From positions 1 to 63,567 of the forward strand of contig JBKPDL010000027.1 of the NCBI GenBank assembly GCA_046727855.1: 63,567 nucleotides of DNA, written 5' to 3'. Of the stretch, positions 49,676 to 63,567 are shown piece by piece; position 1 is the first letter of the stretch, and each line of letters begins with the position of its first letter. Made by a program: the position numbers and the translations under genes. Origin of the DNA: Acidobacteriota bacterium (GTDB lineage: Bacteria; Acidobacteriota; Vicinamibacteria; Vicinamibacterales; UBA2999). The notes under the pieces were generated by a model. It did no database searches. It was not told the origin of the DNA and saw nothing but the letters and a program-made list of their open reading frames with translations.

Positions 49676-49812
49676 AGTCCGCCGTTCAATGAGGTGCAGG
49701 TGGTGTTCCCGTGAGTGACCACCATGGGCCGGAGACGCATTTTGCCGGCGGGCGGAGGCGGCGGGGAAGTCGCGTACAAACGAACGGCGGGGAATCGCCC
49801 CGCCGTCATCAT

Positions 49813-49904
49813 CAAATCTCCAAATCTCCAAATCCAAAGATTGGCAAATCGCCAAATCTCCAAATCACCTCCAAATCACCAGATCGCCAAATCTCCAGAT
49901 TCGG
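49813..49904. repeat. octamer array element, right-arm-only copy 7, abutting the rpoC stop
   Basis: Units ending CTCCAGATTCGG, 3 nt from the rpoC stop codon. Confidence 0.9.
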
Positions 49905-49907
49905 AGA

Positions 49908-58417
<8,510 letters not shown>

Positions 58418-58476
58418 TCTGGTGACCTCGAAGATTCAGCGCGAGCCGGAACCTGCCTCGCAAGACGGTTCCTCGG

Positions 58477-58608
58477 CTGTCAGGTATCAGGTATCAGGTT
58501 CCGGATATCAGGAGGCTTCAGGTAGCGGGTAGCAGGTCGGAGCATTAACCTCTCGCCAACCTGATACCTCTTGATACCTGATACCTGACATCTGAAACCT
58601 GACACCTA
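58477..58608. repeat. heptamer inverted tandem array (CAGGTAT / ATACCTG)
   Basis: Left arm CAGGTAT-type units, right arm CCTGATA-type units. Confidence 0.85.
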
Positions 58609-58611
58609 CAG

Positions 58612-58694
58612 GTAGCGCGGGCAGCGACCGCCTGCGCCAAGGCTGCGGCGAGTCTCGCCGAAGCTTTAGCGGAGGCGTAAGCCCGCCGCGCTAC
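58612..58694. repeat. GTAG-type REP-like palindrome with a nested second palindrome
   Basis: GTAGCGCGG ... CCGCGCTAC enclosing CCTGCGCCAAGGCTGCGGCGAGTCTCGCCGAAGCT..AGCGGAGGCG. Confidence 0.75.
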
Positions 58695-59089
58695 TTCACC
58701 TCCACCTTTGCGCCCGCGTCTTCGAACTTCTTCTTGATCTGCTCGGCTTCGTCCTTGGTCACGCTTTCCTTGATCGGCTTGGGCGCGCCTTCGACGAGGT
58801 CCTTGGCTTCCTTGAGGCCAAGGCTGGTGACTTCACGAACGACCTTGATCACGTTGATCTTGTTGCTGCCGATTTCGGTCAGCGTCACAGTGAACTCGGT
58901 CTTCTCCTCGGCCGGAGCTGCCACGCCGCCCGCACCAGGGGCGCCGCCCATCATCGGCATTGCCATCGGCATGGCTGCCGCGGCCGACACGCCGAGCTCG
59001 GTCTCGAGCGCCTTGACGAGATTGCTGAGTTCGAGAACGCTGATGCCCTTGATGTAATCAACGACCTGCTGTTGTGTGAGATCTGCCAT
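58691..59089 (-). CDS. rplL: 50S ribosomal protein L7/L12
   Basis: [27 protein letters not shown]. Confidence 0.99.
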   Translation of the reverse strand: MADLTQQQVVDYIKGISVLELSNLVKALETELGVSAAAAMPMAMPMMGGAPGAGGVAAPAEEKTEFTVTLTEIGSNKINVIKVVREVTSLGLKEAKDLVEGAPKPIKESVTKDEAEQIKKKFEDAGAKVEVK

Positions 59090-59104
59090 TTCTGCTCCCT
59101 GTGC

Positions 59105-59190
59105 GAACTAAGAACGAAGAACTAAGAACGACGAACTAAAGAACACAACGAAGAACCAAGAACCTGGAACGTTAGGTTCCTTGTTCTTCG
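59105..59190. repeat. heptamer array (AAGAACN) with short inverted arm overlapping the rplJ 3' end
   Basis: GAACTAA GAACGAA GAACTAA...; inverse GTTCCTT GTTCTTC at 59176-59189. Confidence 0.8.
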
Positions 59191-59714
59191 CCCTCGGACC
59201 GCTTCTTTTCTGCCTGCACGAGCACGCTCATGAGATCCCGCGGCAGGGCATTGAGCACCCGCACCAGGTTCACCATTGGCGCCTGCAGAAGGAAGAGCAA
59301 CTTCGCGTACAACTCCGGCTTGCCAGGCAGGTTCGCGAGATCCGTGACCTGCGCGGGATTGATGGCCTGGCCCTGCACCACCGCCGCTTTGATCTGCAGC
59401 GTCGGTGCAGTCTTCATGAAGGTCGTCAGCGTTTTCGCGAGCGCCACCGGATCGTCTTCGGTGTACGCAATCGCCATCGTCCCTTCGAACATCGCGGTGA
59501 GCGATTCGTAATCGGTGCCCTTGAGCGCACGCTTTGCCAGCGTGTTCTTCACCACCTTGTAGCCCGCACGCGCTTTGCGCAGCTGCGAACGGAGCTCGGT
59601 GGCCTGCGGGACGTTGATGCCCTTGTAGTCGATCAGGATGGCCGCGTCGGCGCCCTGAAAGACTCCTTCGAGCATCTGGAGTTCGGCTTCTTTATCAGCT
59701 CTGGTTACAGCCAC
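59172..59714 (-). CDS. rplJ: 50S ribosomal protein L10
   Basis: [20 protein letters not shown]; synteny. Confidence 0.98.
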   Translation of the reverse strand: MAVTRADKEAELQMLEGVFQGADAAILIDYKGINVPQATELRSQLRKARAGYKVVKNTLAKRALKGTDYESLTAMFEGTMAIAYTEDDPVALAKTLTTFMKTAPTLQIKAAVVQGQAINPAQVTDLANLPGKPELYAKLLFLLQAPMVNLVRVLNALPRDLMSVLVQAEKKRSEGEEQGT

Positions 59715-59726
59715 TGGTCCGATCTC

Positions 59727-60431
59727 CTATCGTCGCGCCGCGGTTTCGACGCGGGTCTCATCGATCTTCACGCCCGGCCCCATGGTCGAGGAGACCGTGA
59801 TGCTGCGCAGGTATTTGCCCTTTGCAGCGGCCGGCTTCGCCTTGACGATGCTGTCGAGGAGCGCGGCGGCGTTGGCGATCAGGTTTTGCGAAGGGAAGGA
59901 CGTCTTCCCCACCGGGGCATGGACGATGCCGGTCTTGTCGACGCGGAACTCGACCTTGCCCGCTTTGATTTCGCTCACCGCCTGTGCGACGTTCGGCGTG
60001 ACGGTGCCCGTTTTCGGGTTGGGCATGAGGCCGCGCGGGCCGAGCACTTTCCCGAGCTTGCCCACCACGCGCATCATGTCCGGCGTTGCGACGACGGCCT
60101 CGAAATCGAGCCAGCCGCCGGCGATCCTGTCCACGAGTTCCTCACCGCCCACGTGATCGGCGCCGGCATCGGAGGCTTCCTTCTGCTTGTCGGGCGAGGC
60201 AATCACGAGCACCCGCTTCGACTTGCCGAGACCGTGCGGCAGCACTACCGTGCCGCGCACCATCTGATCGGCATGCTTCGGATCAACACCAAGGCGAATC
60301 GATAACGCGACGGTTTCGTCGAATTTCGCGAACTTCACTTTCTGCACGAGCGGCAGTGCTTCTTCGAGCGCGTACGGCTTGTCGCCGACCTGCTGTCGTG
60401 CTGCCGTGTATTTCTTGCCGTGTCTCTTCAT
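59727..60431 (-). CDS. rplA: 50S ribosomal protein L1
   Basis: [25 protein letters not shown]. Confidence 0.99.
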   Translation of the reverse strand: MKRHGKKYTAARQQVGDKPYALEEALPLVQKVKFAKFDETVALSIRLGVDPKHADQMVRGTVVLPHGLGKSKRVLVIASPDKQKEASDAGADHVGGEELVDRIAGGWLDFEAVVATPDMMRVVGKLGKVLGPRGLMPNPKTGTVTPNVAQAVSEIKAGKVEFRVDKTGIVHAPVGKTSFPSQNLIANAAALLDSIVKAKPAAAKGKYLRSITVSSTMGPGVKIDETRVETAARR

Positions 60432-60442
60432 TTGACTCCTTA

Positions 60443-60480
60443 GTGGTTATGTCGGCGCTCGCTACGCTCGCGCCTCCCAC
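60443..60480 (-). promoter_or_regulatory. putative ribosomal protein L1-binding autoregulatory RNA site
   Basis: GTGGGAGG-hairpin-CCGACATAACCAC directly before the AAGGAG RBS of rplA. Confidence 0.7.
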
Positions 60481-60488
60481 TCACTTCG

Positions 60489-60570
60489 CTGTCAGTTCAA
60501 AGTTCAAAGTTCAAAGTTCAAAGTTCAAAGTTCAAAGTTCAAACCGCGTTCACGCTTTCAACTTTGAACT
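60489..60570. repeat. heptamer inverted tandem array (AGTTCAA x7 + inverse arm)
   Basis: Seven perfect AGTTCAA at 60494-60542; CAACTTTGAACT at 60559-60570. Confidence 0.93.
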
Positions 60571-60576
60571 AACTCC

Positions 60577-61002
60577 CTACCCCACTACATCAATTCCCAT
60601 CGACCGTGCAGTACCTGCGACGGTCTTGATCGCGGTTTCGAGCGAACCTGCGTTCAGGTCCGGCATCTTCAACTTGGCGATCTCTTCCACCTGCTTCGCG
60701 GTAACCGTGCCGACCTTGTTCTTGTTCGGCTCCGCCGATCCCTTGGCGAGGTTCGCGGCGCGCTTGAGCAGCACCGACGCGGGCGGCGTCTTGGTGATGA
60801 AGGTGTAAGAGCGATCGCTGTACACGGTCACGACGACGGGGATAATGAGACCCTCTTCTTTAGCGGTCTTCGCATTGAAGGCCTTGCAGAAGTCCATGAT
60901 GTTCACGCCGTGCGGACCGAGCGCGGTGCCGACGGGCGGCGCCGGCGTGGCTTTGCCCGCAGGGATCTGGAGCTTCACGAGTGCTTGAACTTTCTTAGCC
61001 AT
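60577..61002 (-). CDS. rplK: 50S ribosomal protein L11
   Basis: [21 protein letters not shown]. Confidence 0.99.
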   Translation of the reverse strand: MAKKVQALVKLQIPAGKATPAPPVGTALGPHGVNIMDFCKAFNAKTAKEEGLIIPVVVTVYSDRSYTFITKTPPASVLLKRAANLAKGSAEPNKNKVGTVTAKQVEEIAKLKMPDLNAGSLETAIKTVAGTARSMGIDVVG

Positions 61003-61010
61003 GATGTCCT

Positions 61011-61156
61011 CGCGGACCTAAAGGTCCGCGCTACGTACTCTCAGAAACGCCCACCTAAAGGTCCGCGCCACGTTACTCTCAGAAACGCCGACCTAAGGTT
61101 CGCGCGACAAAACATCAAAAAAGGGCGACCGTGTAGCGCGGGCCTTCAGGCCCGCG
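61011..61156. repeat. BIME-like cluster of GTAG-type REP palindromes
   Basis: CGCGGACCTAAAGGTCCGCGCTAC in 37-38-bp tandem units plus an inverted GTAGCGCGGGCCTTCAGGCCCGCG (61133-61156). Confidence 0.85.
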
Positions 61157-61157
61157 A

Positions 61158-61703
61158 TCACAATTTTTCGACCTGTAAGAAATCCAATTCCACCGGCGTT
61201 GAGCGGCCGAAGATCGTCACCATCACCTTCAACGTGTTCTTGTCGGTGTTCACTTCGTCGACGACACCGTTGAAGCCGGCGAACGGGCCTTCGTTGATCC
61301 GGACCTGATCGCCTTTGTCGAACGTGTACTTCGGTTTCGGCTTTTCCGCCGCCGTACGCACCTGCAATAGAATCTGCTCAACTTCGTCTTTCGTGAGCGG
61401 CGTCGGTTTCGCACCTGCGACGACAAAACCCGTGACCTTCGGCGTGTTCTTCACCACATGCCACGCGTTGTCGGTCATGTTCATCTCGACGAGGATGTAG
61501 CCGGGGAAGAAGCGCTTCGAGGACACCACTTTCTTGCCCGAGCGCATCTCGACTACGTCTTCGGTCGGAATCAGCACTTCGCCGATCTCGTCCTGCAGTC
61601 CGTAGGCCTGCACGCGCTGCTGGAGCGACTCGGCCACCTTCTTCTCGAATCCCGAGTAGGTGTGGACGATGTACCAGTTCTTCGTGCTGACGTCGGTGCT
61701 CAT
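61158..61703 (-). CDS. nusG: transcription termination/antitermination factor NusG
   Basis: [21 protein letters not shown]; start ATG 61703 overlaps the secE stop. Confidence 0.98.
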   Translation of the reverse strand: MSTDVSTKNWYIVHTYSGFEKKVAESLQQRVQAYGLQDEIGEVLIPTEDVVEMRSGKKVVSSKRFFPGYILVEMNMTDNAWHVVKNTPKVTGFVVAGAKPTPLTKDEVEQILLQVRTAAEKPKPKYTFDKGDQVRINEGPFAGFNGVVDEVNTDKNTLKVMVTIFGRSTPVELDFLQVEKL

Positions 61704-61966
61704 TACGCCGCTCCGAACCGCTGGAAGATCCGCTGCACGGCAGTGCTGAGCAGAAGATCCACGCCAAACAGATACAGCCCGAAGAACACCGACGTCAGGA
61801 TCACGACCACGGTCGTGGCGTAGACCTCTTTCCGCGAGGGCCACGTCACACGCTTCATCTCGTTGCGGACTTCAATGAGGAACTGCCGGCTTCGCTGCCA
61901 CCAACCCAAAGGGGCGCGCAATCCAGTGTTCTCGTCGCCGCCGTCGTAGTTTTCGATCTTCGCCAT
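61703..61966 (-). CDS. secE: preprotein translocase subunit SecE
   Basis: EMKRVTWPS + TM helix; synteny. Confidence 0.96.
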   Translation of the reverse strand: MAKIENYDGGDENTGLRAPLGWWQRSRQFLIEVRNEMKRVTWPSRKEVYATTVVVILTSVFFGLYLFGVDLLLSTAVQRIFQRFGAA

Positions 61967-61993
61967 CTTCGTCTTCTTCGCTGACTTCGCACT

Positions 61994-62022
61994 CTTCGCT
62001 GAAGGTGCAACCTTCAGCGAAG
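61994..62022. other. perfect 13-bp hairpin just 3' of tRNA-Trp
   Basis: CTTCGCTGAAGGT-GCA-ACCTTCAGCGAAG; no U-tract. Confidence 0.7.
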
Positions 62023-62026
62023 TAGC

Positions 62027-62102
62027 TGGCAGGCCAGGAGGGTCTCGAACCCCCAGCCCCCGGTTTTGGAGACCGGTGCTCTACCATTTGAGCTACTGGC
62101 CT
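62027..62102 (-). tRNA. tRNA-Trp (CCA)
   Basis: 76 nt AGGCCAG...CTCCAAA anticodon loop...GGTTCGAGACC...CTGGCCTGCCA; typical rpmG-secE position. Confidence 0.97.
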
Positions 62103-62126
62103 AGCATTCGGGCCGCCGGGAAAGGG

Positions 62127-62148
62127 GAAAAGGGGTCAGACCCTTTTC
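62127..62148. repeat. AAAAGGGGTCAGACCCTTTT-type REP-like palindrome
   Basis: GAAAAGGGGTCAGACCCTTTTC inside a longer purine/pyrimidine inverted tract. Confidence 0.8.
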
Positions 62149-62172
62149 CCACCTCTTTTTCCCCTTTTCTCG

Positions 62173-62322
62173 CTACTTCTGCTCCTTATGCGGCGTGTGC
62201 TTTTTGCAGAAGGGGCAGTACTTGCTGAACTCCAGCCGTTCTGTCGTCTTCTTCTTGTTCTTCGTCGTGCTGTAGTTGCGACGTTTGCACTCGCCGCACG
62301 CCAATTGAATGATGTCTCTCAC
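62173..62322 (-). CDS. rpmG: 50S ribosomal protein L33 (Zn-binding C+ form)
   Basis: Hand translation [49 protein letters not shown]; missing from the ORF track. Confidence 0.97.
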   Translation of the reverse strand: MRDIIQLACGECKRRNYSTTKNKKKTTERLEFSKYCPFCKKHTPHKEQK

Positions 62323-62332
62323 GGCTGCATTC

Positions 62333-62412
62333 CTGTCAGTTCAAAGTTCGAGGTTCAAAGTTCAAAGTGAAGTTCAACGTTGGAAAGATTGGTGAGTTCC
62401 CAACTTTGAACT
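62333..62412. repeat. heptamer inverted tandem array (AGTTCAA), degenerate sister of 60489-60570
   Basis: Same ends CTGTCAGTTCAAAGTTC ... CAACTTTGAACT. Confidence 0.88.
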
Positions 62413-62417
62413 TGTCA

Positions 62418-63567
<1,150 letters not shown>

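Noticed and set aside
1-49900. Integron integrase, transposase, RT, prophage or defence genes that could explain the repeats
   Set aside because: No recognisable motifs for these in the ORF track or hand-read gaps; any cognate enzyme must lie outside the window.
61011-61108. Possible CRISPR array (palindromic repeat recurring every 37-38 bp)
   Set aside because: Intervening sequences are short and near-identical, repeats are degenerate and there are no cas genes; fits a REP/BIME cluster.

Overview
High-GC bacterial chromosomal segment, most likely Acidobacteriota (Vicinamibacteria-like). This is inferred from the Cys-rich RpoB insertion and the gene families present. The right ~13.7 kb is the intact minus-strand tuf-rpmG-tRNA-Trp-secE-nusG-rplK-rplA-rplJ-rplL-rpoB-rpoC cluster. 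The left ~49.8 kb is an accessory region of short or standalone genes: GNATs, methyltransferases, VOC, DUF1801, YciI, NUDIX, a B3 metallo-beta-lactamase with Gln at His116, a penicillin acylase, a PSCyt/DUF1501 operon and an ECF module, mixed with many decayed gene fragments. The most unusual content is non-coding. (i) Seven copies of an octamer (CTCCAAAT) inverted tandem-array element with conserved CGCGAAT...ATTCGCG termini and a fixed internal register. (ii) Heptamer inverted arrays and REP-like palindromes in most spacers of the core operon. (iii) Several integron attC-like sites, all on the minus strand, with no integrase in the window. (iv) A 45-bp palindrome inserted in frame inside a protein gene, and palindromes nested inside other repeats. 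(v) Two identical back-to-back ECF promoters. No database searches were run; family calls come from motif recognition.
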